Shown here: in pieces, positions 29,989 to 39,332 of the stretch
How positions within the stretch are numbered: position 1 is the first letter of the stretch
How the letters are laid out: every line of letters begins with the position of its first letter
NCBI GenBank assembly: GCA_963809895.1
Contig: CAWELD010000010.1
Location: 704,001 to 768,000, forward strand
Source: an uncultured Gemmatimonadales bacterium
Lineage (GTDB): Bacteria; Gemmatimonadota; Gemmatimonadetes; Longimicrobiales; Gaopeijiaceae
Reading direction: 5' to 3'
Length of the DNA stretch: 64,000 bases
Program-made: the position numbers and the translations under genes
Notes under the pieces: generated by a model
Told to the model about the DNA's origin: nothing
Databases searched by the model: none
The model's input: only the letters and a program-made list of their open reading frames with translations

Positions 29989-30537
29989 ATGAACCTCTAT
30001 CCCATGATCATTCGAACGTTGGGCGCGCTGGCGCTGGCGGGGGCCGTCGGGTCTCTGCTGATGCTGGCCGCCACCGCGCTGTCTTCCGGCCGGGCGTGGC
30101 TGCGCGAGAACCTCGAGCCAGGTGGAACGGGCCCGCTCGCGGGTGCCTGGGCCGTGGCGATCCTGGCCATGGCCTCGAGCCTGTACCTGTCCGAGGTGGT
30201 CGGCTTCGTCCCCTGCGAGCTGTGCTGGTTCCAACGCATCGCCATGTATCCGCTGGTGCTGGTTCTGGGCGCCGGCCTCGTGCTCCGCGAGCCGGGCGTG
30301 TGGCGCTTCGCGCTGCCCCTCTCCGTGGTGGGACTCCCGATCTCGATCTACCATGTGATCATCCAGTTGCAGCCGAGTCTGGACATCGTCTCGTGCGAGG
30401 CCAGTGCCCCCTGTACGAGCCGTTACGTCGCCGTCTTCGGGTTCCTGTCGATTCCGGGGATGGCCGGCGCCGCCTTCCTGCTCATCACGGCGTTGCTGCT
30501 GACTGTGGGGGTGGTGCGCGGCAGCGCTGAAGGCTGA
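29989..30537 (+). CDS. Disulfide bond formation protein (DsbB/BdbC family)
   Basis: [14 protein letters not shown], second Cys pair [15 protein letters not shown]. Confidence 0.9.
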   Translation: MNLYPMIIRTLGALALAGAVGSLLMLAATALSSGRAWLRENLEPGGTGPLAGAWAVAILAMASSLYLSEVVGFVPCELCWFQRIAMYPLVLVLGAGLVLREPGVWRFALPLSVVGLPISIYHVIIQLQPSLDIVSCEASAPCTSRYVAVFGFLSIPGMAGAAFLLITALLLTVGVVRGSAEG

Positions 30538-30546
30538 GGAGGTCTC

Positions 30547-30825
30547 GTGGGGGCGCTGATGAGGTTGCCGGCGTTCAGGAACGCCTATCTCGTGCGCGGC
30601 GCGATGGTGTGGGTCGCCCTCCGCATGGGCGCCGCCTTCGTCCGGATCTCCGATCCGAACCTCGCCCAGGAGCTGCTCATCTGCGTCGGCGTGATGCTGG
30701 CCGTGCAACTCGACGCTCGCCGCCGCCACGAGGACGCCTTCCTGGCGAATCTGGGGATCTCTCCCTGGGCCATTGCCGCGTGGAGCGCGCCGGTGGCGAT
30801 CGTGCTCGAGATCCTGGTGCCGTGA
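30547..30825 (+). CDS. Small membrane protein
   Basis: GAGGAGG RBS, hydrophobic segments, coupled to the ABC ATPase. Confidence 0.6.
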   Translation: MGALMRLPAFRNAYLVRGAMVWVALRMGAAFVRISDPNLAQELLICVGVMLAVQLDARRRHEDAFLANLGISPWAIAAWSAPVAIVLEILVP

Positions 30826-31535
30826 CGCGCGATGACGTGGTGCTCGAGGTCGACGGCGTGGGCAAGCGGTTCGGACGCCGCGATGTGCTGAAGGCAGCCT
30901 CGTTCCGGGCCCGCGTGGGTGCGATCACGGTCCTCATGGGCAGGAACGGCACCGGCAAGACCACATTGATGAGGGTGGCCGTGGGACGGGTGCGACCCGA
31001 GCGCGGCCGGGTGCTGTACGATGGCCTCTATCGTCCCCGTCCGGCGCTTCATCGCCTCGCCCGCGCGGGGCTCATGTATCTGGACCAGGAATCGGCGTTG
31101 ACTTCACTGTTCAGCGTCCGGGATCATCTGGCCAGCGTTGCGCGCACCTTCGGGTCCGGGGCGCGCATGCAGGAGGTGGTGGACCGCCTTGCTCTGGGCG
31201 AGTTTCTGGGCCGCCGCCCCGGCGACGTCTCGCGTGGAGAGCGGCAACGGGCCGCGCTGGCCCTGTCCATGCTTCGCTCACCGCGCTGTCTCCTGATGGA
31301 CGAGCCGTTCGCGGGGGTCGCTCCTCGAGATCGTCCGCTGGTGGCTCACGGATTGGAATCACTCCGTGAGGCAGGCGCCGCCGTGGTCGTCTCGGGCCAC
31401 GACGTGGAGGACCTGCTCGCCGTCGCCGACGACGTCATCTGGGTCGTGGCAGGGACCACGCACTGGCTCGGCACCCCGGCCGAAGCGGCCGCGGACGAAG
31501 GTTTCCGGCGCGACTACCTCGGATCTCGGGCGTGA
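30822..31535 (+). CDS. ABC ATP-binding protein (LptB-like)
   Basis: GRNGTGKT, VSRGERQR, LMDEPFAG, SGHD. Confidence 0.88.
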   Translation: MTRDDVVLEVDGVGKRFGRRDVLKAASFRARVGAITVLMGRNGTGKTTLMRVAVGRVRPERGRVLYDGLYRPRPALHRLARAGLMYLDQESALTSLFSVRDHLASVARTFGSGARMQEVVDRLALGEFLGRRPGDVSRGERQRAALALSMLRSPRCLLMDEPFAGVAPRDRPLVAHGLESLREAGAAVVVSGHDVEDLLAVADDVIWVVAGTTHWLGTPAEAAADEGFRRDYLGSRA

Positions 31536-31541
31536 CGAACG

Positions 31542-31577
31542 AAGGCCGCCGCCCCCGGAACCGGGAGCGGCGGCCGC
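31542..31577. terminator. GC-rich hairpin between convergent genes
   Basis: GGCCGC..CCCGG-AA-CCGGG..GCGGCC imperfect stem. Confidence 0.5.
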
Positions 31578-31629
31578 AGGTCGTCGAGGCATCTGCCTCG
31601 AAACGGGTCAACTCAGGGTGTCAGGGCGC

Positions 31630-32178
31630 TCACCCGGAAAAGTGGAAGTGGGCGCCGAGATCGATGATGAAGTAGCTGAGATCAGCGCCGTCGGTGGAAT
31701 AGGTGTTGAAGCGGAGGGCCGGCACCAACACCAGGTTGGGCGTGGCTTGCCAGTCGATACCGACTCCGGAATCCAGCCCGAGATGCCAGTCGCCGCTGAC
31801 GCCGTCCACGTCGGGCTTGTGCAGCATGAGACCGCCGCGAACCCAGGGCATGGCGCCGTTGTCCTGGCCGAACAGCAGCTTGACGCCGCCATCGAGCCCG
31901 GTGGTGGTCACGTCGGCTTCGCATCCGTCGCAGGTGAAGCGGTGATGCCCCACGCCTCCGTACACCGTGAAATTGGTGCTCAGCGTGTACATGAGGTCGG
32001 CGCCGAGGGCCAGGCCGGCCGTCTGGTTGAGTCCGTCCGTCCCGCTCAGGTCGCCGGTAGGCAGGGTGGCTCCGAGGCGGCCCTCGATGGACCACTGGGC
32101 CTGGGCCGGAGCGGGTGCCAGGACGCTGAGAGCGGCCAGGAGCGCGGGAACTGCGAAGGTCGTCTTCTTCATGTTCAT
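31630..32178 (-). CDS. Small outer-membrane beta-barrel protein (OmpA/OmpW-like)
   Basis: AAGGAGG RBS, signal peptide AQA-Q, amphipathic strands, ends LGAHFHFSG. Confidence 0.85.
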   Translation of the reverse strand: MNMKKTTFAVPALLAALSVLAPAPAQAQWSIEGRLGATLPTGDLSGTDGLNQTAGLALGADLMYTLSTNFTVYGGVGHHRFTCDGCEADVTTTGLDGGVKLLFGQDNGAMPWVRGGLMLHKPDVDGVSGDWHLGLDSGVGIDWQATPNLVLVPALRFNTYSTDGADLSYFIIDLGAHFHFSG

Positions 32179-32269
32179 CCTCCTTCGAAAACGAAAGTGG
32201 CGGCCGCGTAACTACCGCGAAGACCGTCACTTACGAATTGTGTGCATCCGCGTTTGTCCCGACGAGTCA

Positions 32270-32285
32270 TGCAGGGCTCGTGCCA
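32270..32285 (-). promoter_or_regulatory. Sigma54 (-24/-12) promoter facing the beta-barrel gene
   Basis: Minus strand TGGCACGAGCCCTGCA. Confidence 0.7.
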
Positions 32286-32305
32286 GGTCGTGCCCATGGG
32301 ACCGC

Positions 32306-32321
32306 TGGCACAGGCGTTGCA
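32306..32321 (+). promoter_or_regulatory. Sigma54 (-24/-12) promoter facing the lipoprotein gene
   Basis: TGGCACAGGCGTTGCA matches TGGCAC-N5-TTGCA. Confidence 0.8.
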
Positions 32322-32406
32322 CGTGTCTTCTGCTGCGACCGCGGTCCGCCTCGCTCTGGCGCGGCGAATCGCGACCCTCCCCGCACTCCAGATGGAGGAC
32401 ACGATC

Positions 32407-33084
32407 ATGCGTAACGCCCATCGACTCGGTGGACCCGCCATAGCTGCGACTCTCGCGTTCACCGTGGCCCTCTTCGGGTGCAGCACCGGCGAATCCAGGA
32501 ACGCCCCGGAAGGCGAGCAAATGGAGAGCGCCGCCCAGGATGCGGTGGAAGCGCCCGCCCCGGTGGTTCCCGCCGGAACGTCCATGACCTTCAACGTGGA
32601 CCGCACGGTGAGCACCGACGACGCCTCACCGGGTGACACCTTCACGGCGACGCTCACCTCCGACATCCTGGGCTCGGACGGCTCGGTGCTCGTTCCGGCG
32701 GGCTCCCAGTCGCGCTGGACGGTCACCCAGGCCACGTCCAACGGTGGCGAGGACAATCAGGCGTTGCTGGCCTTCAAGCTCGAATCGGTGCACGTGAACG
32801 GTGAGTGGGTGCCCGTCCAGGCCGAGGTGACGAACACCGACATCCAGGCGTCGGCGCAGGACAGCAAGACCGAGAGTGCCGCGAAGGTCGCTGTGGGCGC
32901 GGCGGCCGGCGCCATCATCGGACAGATCATCGGCAAGGACACCGAGTCGACCCTCAAGGGTGCGGGCGTCGGCGCAGCGGTGGGTACCGTGGTGGCGCTC
33001 ACCACCCGTGGTGGCAAGGCGACCCTGCCCGAAGGCTCGACCATCACGGTCCGCCTCGACGAGGGGCTGACCGTACCCTCGTGA
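32407..33084 (+). CDS. Lipoprotein with C-terminal glycine zipper
   Basis: LFGC lipobox, VPAGT..., GAAAGAIIGQIIG...GAGVGAAVG. Confidence 0.85.
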   Translation: MRNAHRLGGPAIAATLAFTVALFGCSTGESRNAPEGEQMESAAQDAVEAPAPVVPAGTSMTFNVDRTVSTDDASPGDTFTATLTSDILGSDGSVLVPAGSQSRWTVTQATSNGGEDNQALLAFKLESVHVNGEWVPVQAEVTNTDIQASAQDSKTESAAKVAVGAAAGAIIGQIIGKDTESTLKGAGVGAAVGTVVALTTRGGKATLPEGSTITVRLDEGLTVPS

Positions 33085-33108
33085 GTGCACCGTAGCGCGA
33101 ATTGTGCC

Positions 33109-33141
33109 GGGGCGTCCGGGGGTCTTTCCCGGGCGCCCTTC
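33109..33141 (+). terminator. Probable terminator
   Basis: GGGCGTCCGGG-N7-CCCGGGCGCCC followed by TT. Confidence 0.6.
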
Positions 33142-33257
33142 GCGCATTCCCGACCGGGCCGGCGACGAATCCCTTGCTTCGGCGACGGCGCCGGCCCGAG
33201 CTTCAAAGGAGTGGCAGGGCCTGCCACTCCACCTCTCCGGAAGGGAGACAGCTCGCC

Positions 33258-33419
33258 ATGAAGGGAATGCTCCGGTTTCTTGGAATGACCGTCGGCGGAT
33301 GGGCCGGATGGGCCCTCGGGAGCCGGGTTTCCATCTTCACCGCCTTCATGGTGAGCATGGTGGGCACCGGTGTGGGCCTGTACCTGACCCTTCGGTTCAC
33401 CCGCGACTTCCTGCCCTGA
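33258..33419 (+). CDS. Small 2-TM protein (53 aa)
   Basis: GGGAGA RBS. MKGMLRFLGMTVGGWAGWALG...SMVGTGVGLY. Confidence 0.7.
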   Translation: MKGMLRFLGMTVGGWAGWALGSRVSIFTAFMVSMVGTGVGLYLTLRFTRDFLP

Positions 33420-33567
33420 GGTCTACGCTCCCGGCCTGTCCCGCGCCGGCCGCCCAACCCGCGAGGAGCGGCCGGCAGCGAGACACCTGCGGCGGTGGCC
33501 TCGTTCAGTCGTACAGCTTTGCCGCGCGATTCGGGTTCACGTTTCTCTACAGGGAGGAGCACCGCCG

Positions 33568-34869
33568 GTGCCCGACTCCGACGAGTCCCCTCCTTTTCTC
33601 GACTTCGGTTGGACCAGCCGACTCCTGTCCAGCGGTCGGGTCGCGGGGTCCGCGGCCCGGCTCGGGCTGCGGCGTCTCCTGGGTCGGGAAGGCGAGAAGG
33701 ATGCCGACATCGGTCGCGCGCTGGCGGGCGAGCTCGACCGCATGAAGGGGATGGCCATGAAGGTCGGCCAGATCCTGTCGTATTTCGACGGCATCCTGCC
33801 GCCCGAGACCCACCAGGCGCTGCGCTCGCTGCAGATCGGTGTGACCAGCATGCCCTTCGAGCGGGTCGAGGAGGTGATCCGGGAAGCCCTGGGCGCGTCG
33901 CCCGACGACCTGTTCGAGGACTTTTCGCGCACCGCCGCGGCGTCGGCGTCCATCGGGCAGGTGCACCGGGCCAGGTTCCAGGGGCGCGAGGTGGCGGTGA
34001 AGGTGCAGTATCCAGGGGTGGCCGCCTCCATCGCGTCGGACTTCGGACGATTGGGCATACTCGGTCGTCTGGCCGCCTTGGGCTCGGCGGTGGACGGCGC
34101 GGCCATCGTGGAGGAGCTCCGGGAGCGGGTCGGCGAGGAGTGTGACTACCTGGCCGAGGCGGTCGCGCAATGCAGCTTCCGCCGCGCCCTCGCCGATGTC
34201 GCCGAAGTGGTGGTGCCCGAGGTGGTGACGGCCCGCACCGCCCCCACGGTCTTTACGAGCGTCTGGCACGAAGGGCTGGACTTCTACGCCTTCGCCGAGC
34301 AGGCCACCCCCGAAGAACGGGACCGGGTGGCGCACGTCCTGATCCGCGTGGCCTACCGGTGCTTCTTTCGCATGGGCACCCTGAACGCCGATCCCCATCC
34401 GGGCAACTTCCTTTTTCGTGACGATGGACGCGTGGTGCTCCTCGACTTCGGATGCGTGCGACGGTTCGACGAGCGCTTCGTGGAAGGGGAGCGTCGGCTC
34501 GCGAGCGCGGTTCTGGCGGGGCGGCAAGACGCCTTCGAGGAGGAAGTGCGGCGCTCCGGGATTGTGACCGACGAACGGGGCTTCGACTTCGAGCTGCATT
34601 GGCGGATGCTCCGGCACCAGTACGCCCCTTACCTCGGGGGCGCGTTCACATTCTCGCCGGGCTACGTGCGCGAGGCCATGGAGTTCTCCGGACCGGGCAA
34701 TCCGAACATCCGCAGGCTTCGTTTTCCACCGCAGTGGATCTGGTTCCAGCGCCTGCAGTGGGGCATGCACGCCGTCCTGGCGCGTCTGGGTGCGCAGGGG
34801 GACTTCTCCGACGACCTCGGTGTCTCGCTGAAGGCACCCCTGGACCCCATGCCCATGGAGGGGTGTTGA
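33568..34869 (+). CDS. ABC1/AarF/UbiB-family atypical kinase
   Basis: KGMAMKVGQ, ASASIGQVHRA, VAVKVQYPG, ADPHPGN, LLDFG. Confidence 0.93.
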   Translation: MPDSDESPPFLDFGWTSRLLSSGRVAGSAARLGLRRLLGREGEKDADIGRALAGELDRMKGMAMKVGQILSYFDGILPPETHQALRSLQIGVTSMPFERVEEVIREALGASPDDLFEDFSRTAAASASIGQVHRARFQGREVAVKVQYPGVAASIASDFGRLGILGRLAALGSAVDGAAIVEELRERVGEECDYLAEAVAQCSFRRALADVAEVVVPEVVTARTAPTVFTSVWHEGLDFYAFAEQATPEERDRVAHVLIRVAYRCFFRMGTLNADPHPGNFLFRDDGRVVLLDFGCVRRFDERFVEGERRLASAVLAGRQDAFEEEVRRSGIVTDERGFDFELHWRMLRHQYAPYLGGAFTFSPGYVREAMEFSGPGNPNIRRLRFPPQWIWFQRLQWGMHAVLARLGAQGDFSDDLGVSLKAPLDPMPMEGC

Positions 34870-34945
34870 AACGAAGCGCTTGCGAGGGGCACAGCGTACC
34901 GGGCAGGTTCGACGGGTGGTGAGCGGGGAGCCGGGAGGAAACACG

Positions 34946-35905
34946 ATGCATGACGAGCGTCTGGTATTCGTCTCCGAAGAGGAGGCGGGTCGCCTGTGGA
35001 AGAGGGCCGCGGAGCTCCAGGTCCGGGAATCGCGGAAGGTCGAGGAGCGCTCGCGCGATCTGCACACGCCGCCCGGTCCCTCGGGCTATCCGGTCGGTCA
35101 CCATCTTCCGCTGGACGAGGTGCTTCAGGCTGCCCGCGAAGTGGGGATCGACGAGGCGTGCCTCGAGGCCGCCCTCCAGGAGCTGCTGGAGGAGCGTGCT
35201 CAGGGCGGTCCCCCGGAACCGGACCTCATCGAGCGTTGGGCCGCGCGGTTCTTCGGGTCGCCTCCGCCGGCCCTCGAAGCCACCGCGGTGCTCGATGCCG
35301 GCGTGACCGAGGTCTACCGCATCCTGCAACTCCTGCTTCCCGCCGAGCCCTACGGCCTGCGGCTCCGGGGGATGATGGGTGAGAATCCCCTGAAAGACGG
35401 CGTGCTCGTCTTCGACGCGCCCGACCGTGACAGGGGCCCGAAGTCCTACGCCCGCAGCACCCTCATGGCCGACGACCGGGTCTCGCGGCTGTACATCACG
35501 CTCAGGCCCAGCGAGGGCTCCGAGGGCGAGCGCTGTCGCATCACCGTTCGCGCCCGCATCCAGTCGGATCCCGAGCCCGCGTTCTGGCTCGGGAGCCTGG
35601 TGACGCTCGGAGGCGCGGGGGTAGGCGGGGTGCTGGGGGCCGTGATCGGCGCGGGTGTCGGACTGGCGGTGCCGGTGGTGGCGTTGCCCACAGCGGCGCT
35701 GGCCCTCCTGGGAGGCGGCGTCACCTACACGGGGATCCGGGGGCGGTACCTGGAGCCGCTGATCCGGGGCCTGCGAGGCCTGGAGGAGCTCCTCGAGGTG
35801 GTGGGGGCAGCGGTCAAGACCCGCGGGGGCTTCCTGCCCCGGGAGGCCGGCGGGGGCACGGAGTCCCCGGCGTCCCATGCGAACATCCGGAGACGCGAGC
35901 CATGA
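34946..35905 (+). CDS. Hypothetical membrane protein (paralogue family)
   Basis: VSEEEAGRLWKRAAELQ...LDEVLQAAREVGIDEACLEAALQE. Gly-rich TM hairpin. Confidence 0.8.
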   Translation: MHDERLVFVSEEEAGRLWKRAAELQVRESRKVEERSRDLHTPPGPSGYPVGHHLPLDEVLQAAREVGIDEACLEAALQELLEERAQGGPPEPDLIERWAARFFGSPPPALEATAVLDAGVTEVYRILQLLLPAEPYGLRLRGMMGENPLKDGVLVFDAPDRDRGPKSYARSTLMADDRVSRLYITLRPSEGSEGERCRITVRARIQSDPEPAFWLGSLVTLGGAGVGGVLGAVIGAGVGLAVPVVALPTAALALLGGGVTYTGIRGRYLEPLIRGLRGLEELLEVVGAAVKTRGGFLPREAGGGTESPASHANIRRREP

Positions 35906-36390
35906 GTGAGAGCGAGTCGGCGGATCGGCACCTGCTGAGACACACCCTGGCCACCCTGGCCTACCGAGCCGAGAAGGTCCTGCGCGCGGTTCCACCGGGC
36001 TTTCCGGAGCTGAGCGTCGGGGCGGGTATCCGGACTCCCATCGAGATCCTCGCCCACGTGGGTGACCTGTTCGACTGGGCGGTGGGGCTGTTCGGCGGCG
36101 AGCACGTGTGGAACGACGCCAGTCCCCAGGACTGGGACGACGAGGTGGCGCGGTTCTTCGACGGCATGCAGCGGCTGGACGACCTCCTGGCCTCGGACCA
36201 GGCCATGGGATTCCCGCCCTCGAAGATCTTCCAGGGGCCGATCGCGGACGCGTTCACACACATCGGCCAACTCGCTCTCCTGCGCCGGCGCGCCGGAGCG
36301 CCGGTGCGGGGAGAGAATTACTTCAAGGCCGATATCGAGGTCGGCCGGATCGGGCGCGAGCAGGCGGAGCCCCGCTACGAGTTCGACTGA
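35902..36390 (+). CDS. DinB-like four-helix-bundle protein
   Basis: RTPIEILAHVGD...DAFTHIGQLALLRR. Confidence 0.75.
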   Translation: MSESESADRHLLRHTLATLAYRAEKVLRAVPPGFPELSVGAGIRTPIEILAHVGDLFDWAVGLFGGEHVWNDASPQDWDDEVARFFDGMQRLDDLLASDQAMGFPPSKIFQGPIADAFTHIGQLALLRRRAGAPVRGENYFKADIEVGRIGREQAEPRYEFD

Positions 36391-36409
36391 GTCGGCGGGG
36401 ACTGGTCTG

Positions 36410-39184
36410 CTACGCAGGGGCTCCCGCGCCGACCGCCTCGGCCTTCCTGGGTCGTGGCGCCAGGGCCCCACCCTTCGGGTCGGCCAGCGCCGCGTGGGCG
36501 GCGGCCAGGCGGGCGATGGGCACCCGGAAGGGTGAGCAGGACACGTAGTCCAGCCCGAGCCGGTGGCAGAGCGCGATGCTCCGGGGATCGCCCCCGTGCT
36601 CGCCGCAGATTCCCACCTCCAGCGTCGGGCGGGTTTCCCGTCCATCGTCCACCGACATGCGCATGAGCCGGCCGACCCCATCGGCATCCAGCGTGTGGAA
36701 CGGGTTGTCCTTGAGCAGGCCCTGACGCTGGTACTCCAGGAGGAATCCCGCCTCCGCGTCGTCACGGGAGATGCCGAAGGTCATCTGCGTGAGGTCGTTG
36801 GTGCCGAACGAGAAGAACTCGGCCACCTCGGCGATCTCCCGGGCGGTGAGCGCCGCCCTGGGTACCTCGATCATGGTACCGAAGCGGTAGGGGATCTCCA
36901 TGCCTTCTTCTCCGAGAACCTCCTGGGCTTCGGCTTCGAGCAACTCGCGCTGCCGACGCAACTCGTTCACGTGCGAGACCAGGGGGATCATCACTTCCGG
37001 CTGGACCTCCACGCCGTCACGGGCACAGGCGCACGCCGCCTTGAACACGGCCCGCACCTGCATGCGTGTGAGATTCGGCACGAGGTTGCCGAGTCGGACC
37101 CCGCGCGTGCCGAGCATGGGATTCTCCTCGCGGAGCTCCTCGACCCGCTCCAGGTAGCGCTGCTTCTCGCGGATCGCCTCCAGGAAGCCGTCCAGCTCGG
37201 TGAGCTCCTGGGCATGCTGAACCCGGATCTTCAGGTCGGTGAGGTCCCGGACGAGGTCGTCGTGCGGAGGCAGGAACTCGTGCAACGGAGGGTCGATGAG
37301 ACGGACGATGACGGGGAGCCCGTCCATGGCCCGGAAGAGGCCCTCGAAGTCTCCCCGTTGCAGGGGCAGGAGAGCCTGGATGGCCTCGTCCTGCTCCGAC
37401 GCGCTCTCGGCGAGGATCATTCTCCGGATCAACGGAAGGCGGTCCTCCTCGAAGAACATGTGCTCGGTCCGGCAGAGTCCGATTCCCTGGGCTCCGTATT
37501 CACGCGCTCGGCGGGCGTCCTGCGGATAGTCGGCGTTGGCGCGCACGCCGAGGCGCCGGAATCCGTCGGCCCAACTCAGGATCTCGAGGAGGTGGTGATC
37601 GTGCAGATCGGGCACCAGGGTGGGAAGGCCGCCGGCGTACACCTTGCCCGAGGTGCCGTCGATGGAGATCCAGTCCCGCTCGGAGATCTCGGGTCCTCCG
37701 GCGAAGCGCACCACGCGCTCGTCGAGGTCCAGCTCCATGGCCTCCACGCCGACCACGGCGGGCTTGCCGAACTGACGCGCCACCAGCGCGGCGTGGCTCG
37801 TGCGTCCGCCCCGGCTGGTGAGCAAGCCTTTGGCGGCCAACATTCCGTGAACGTCGTTGGGCTTGGTCTCGGGCCGCACCAGGATGACGTCCTTGCCCTC
37901 CTGGGCCCAACGCTGCGCGGTGTCGGCGTCCAGCGCCACGATCCCCACCGCGGCCCCGGGCGACACGTTGAGTCCCTGGGCGATGGCGCCGGCGTCACGG
38001 ACGGCCTTGGGGTCGAGCTGCGGGTGGAGGAAGGTGTCGACCTGCTCCGGCCGCACCCGACGCACGGCCTCCTCGCGGGTGATCAGGCCCTCGTGGACCA
38101 TGTCCACCGCGATGCGGACCTCGGCCTGCGCAGTGCGCTTCCCGTCACGGGTCTGGAGGATCCACAGCGCGCCCTCCTGAACCGTGAACTCGATGTCCTG
38201 CATGTTGCGGTAGTGCTGTTCGAGCGCGTGTGCGGTCTCGGACAACGCCGCATGCACCTCGGGCATCTCCCGGGCCAGGTCCTCGAGGCGCCGGGTCACC
38301 CGGTTGCCGGCGACGACGTCCTCACCCTGTGCGTTGGTCAGGTAGTCGCCCTCGAGCTGCGGCTCGCCCGTGGTCGCGTTGCGGGACATGCAGATCCCGG
38401 TGGCGGAATTCTCGCCCACGTTGCCGTAGACCATGGTCTGGATGTTGACCGCGGTCCCGAGATCGTCGGGAATGTCGGCGGCCTTGCGGTAGTCGCGTGC
38501 GCGCGGGCTGTTCCAGGACCGGAAGACCGCCTGAGTGGCCAGGCGGAGCTGCTCACGGGGGTCCTGGGGAAACTCGTGGCCGGTGTAGGACCGGACGATC
38601 TCCTTGAAGGTGCTGGTCACGTCGCGCCAGTCGTCGGCGCTCAGCTTCGTGTCGCTGTCGACACCGCGCGTCTTGCGACGGGCGGAGATGACAGCCTCGA
38701 AGACTTCGTCGGGAACCCCCAGCACCACGTCGCCGAACATGTGCACCAGGCGCCGATAGAGGTCGTAGACGAATCGGGGATCCCCGGTGCGCCCGACCGT
38801 GGCCTCGGCGATGGCGTCGTTCAGGCCCAGGTTGAGGACGGTGTCCATCATGCCGGGCATGGAGACGGCCGCGCCGGACCGGCACGAGAGCAGGAGCGGC
38901 TGCTCCGGGTCGCCGAAGCGGAGGCCCGTGGCCTCCTCCAGAGCGCCCACCGCCCCGAGCATCTCCTGCCAGACCTCTTCCGGGAGCCTACCCTCGCCCT
39001 CGAGAAAGCGCTTGCAGGCTTCGGTGCTGACGGTGAAGCCGGGAGGCACCGGAATGCCGAGCCGGGTCATCTCGGCCAGGTTGGCACCCTTGCCGCCGAG
39101 AAGGGCGCGCACGCCCGCGCGCTCGCCCCCGTTCCGGTGCTCGACCTCGTCCAGCTGGGAGAACAAGTAGACGAAGGCCGGCAT
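36410..39184 (-). CDS. ppdK: Pyruvate, phosphate dikinase
   Basis: LGGKGANLAEM, SMPGMMDT, GGRTSHAALVAR, GIGLCRTEHMF, FSFGTNDLTQ, GICGEHGG. Confidence 0.98.
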   Translation of the reverse strand: MPAFVYLFSQLDEVEHRNGGERAGVRALLGGKGANLAEMTRLGIPVPPGFTVSTEACKRFLEGEGRLPEEVWQEMLGAVGALEEATGLRFGDPEQPLLLSCRSGAAVSMPGMMDTVLNLGLNDAIAEATVGRTGDPRFVYDLYRRLVHMFGDVVLGVPDEVFEAVISARRKTRGVDSDTKLSADDWRDVTSTFKEIVRSYTGHEFPQDPREQLRLATQAVFRSWNSPRARDYRKAADIPDDLGTAVNIQTMVYGNVGENSATGICMSRNATTGEPQLEGDYLTNAQGEDVVAGNRVTRRLEDLAREMPEVHAALSETAHALEQHYRNMQDIEFTVQEGALWILQTRDGKRTAQAEVRIAVDMVHEGLITREEAVRRVRPEQVDTFLHPQLDPKAVRDAGAIAQGLNVSPGAAVGIVALDADTAQRWAQEGKDVILVRPETKPNDVHGMLAAKGLLTSRGGRTSHAALVARQFGKPAVVGVEAMELDLDERVVRFAGGPEISERDWISIDGTSGKVYAGGLPTLVPDLHDHHLLEILSWADGFRRLGVRANADYPQDARRAREYGAQGIGLCRTEHMFFEEDRLPLIRRMILAESASEQDEAIQALLPLQRGDFEGLFRAMDGLPVIVRLIDPPLHEFLPPHDDLVRDLTDLKIRVQHAQELTELDGFLEAIREKQRYLERVEELREENPMLGTRGVRLGNLVPNLTRMQVRAVFKAACACARDGVEVQPEVMIPLVSHVNELRRQRELLEAEAQEVLGEEGMEIPYRFGTMIEVPRAALTAREIAEVAEFFSFGTNDLTQMTFGISRDDAEAGFLLEYQRQGLLKDNPFHTLDADGVGRLMRMSVDDGRETRPTLEVGICGEHGGDPRSIALCHRLGLDYVSCSPFRVPIARLAAAHAALADPKGGALAPRPRKAEAVGAGAPA

Positions 39185-39332
39185 GATCACCCTCCCGAGT
39201 GGTTGTAACGTCAGCTACTCCACGCTATCCCGGTGCGCCCGACACCTCTGTCGGGAGGATTCCCCCAGGGGTTGTCGGGACCCCTCGGCCCGTGACTTGC
39301 CCGGACCGGATTCACGTGGTCAGCTTTCCCGA

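Noticed and set aside
1..36390. Integron cassette array explanation for the run of small accessory genes
   Set aside because: No integrase, no recurring attC-like sites by eye, genes on both strands, and many are translationally coupled.
36563..39208. 881-aa plus-strand ORF opposite ppdK
   Set aside because: Antisense shadow of a high-GC gene with no recognisable motifs.
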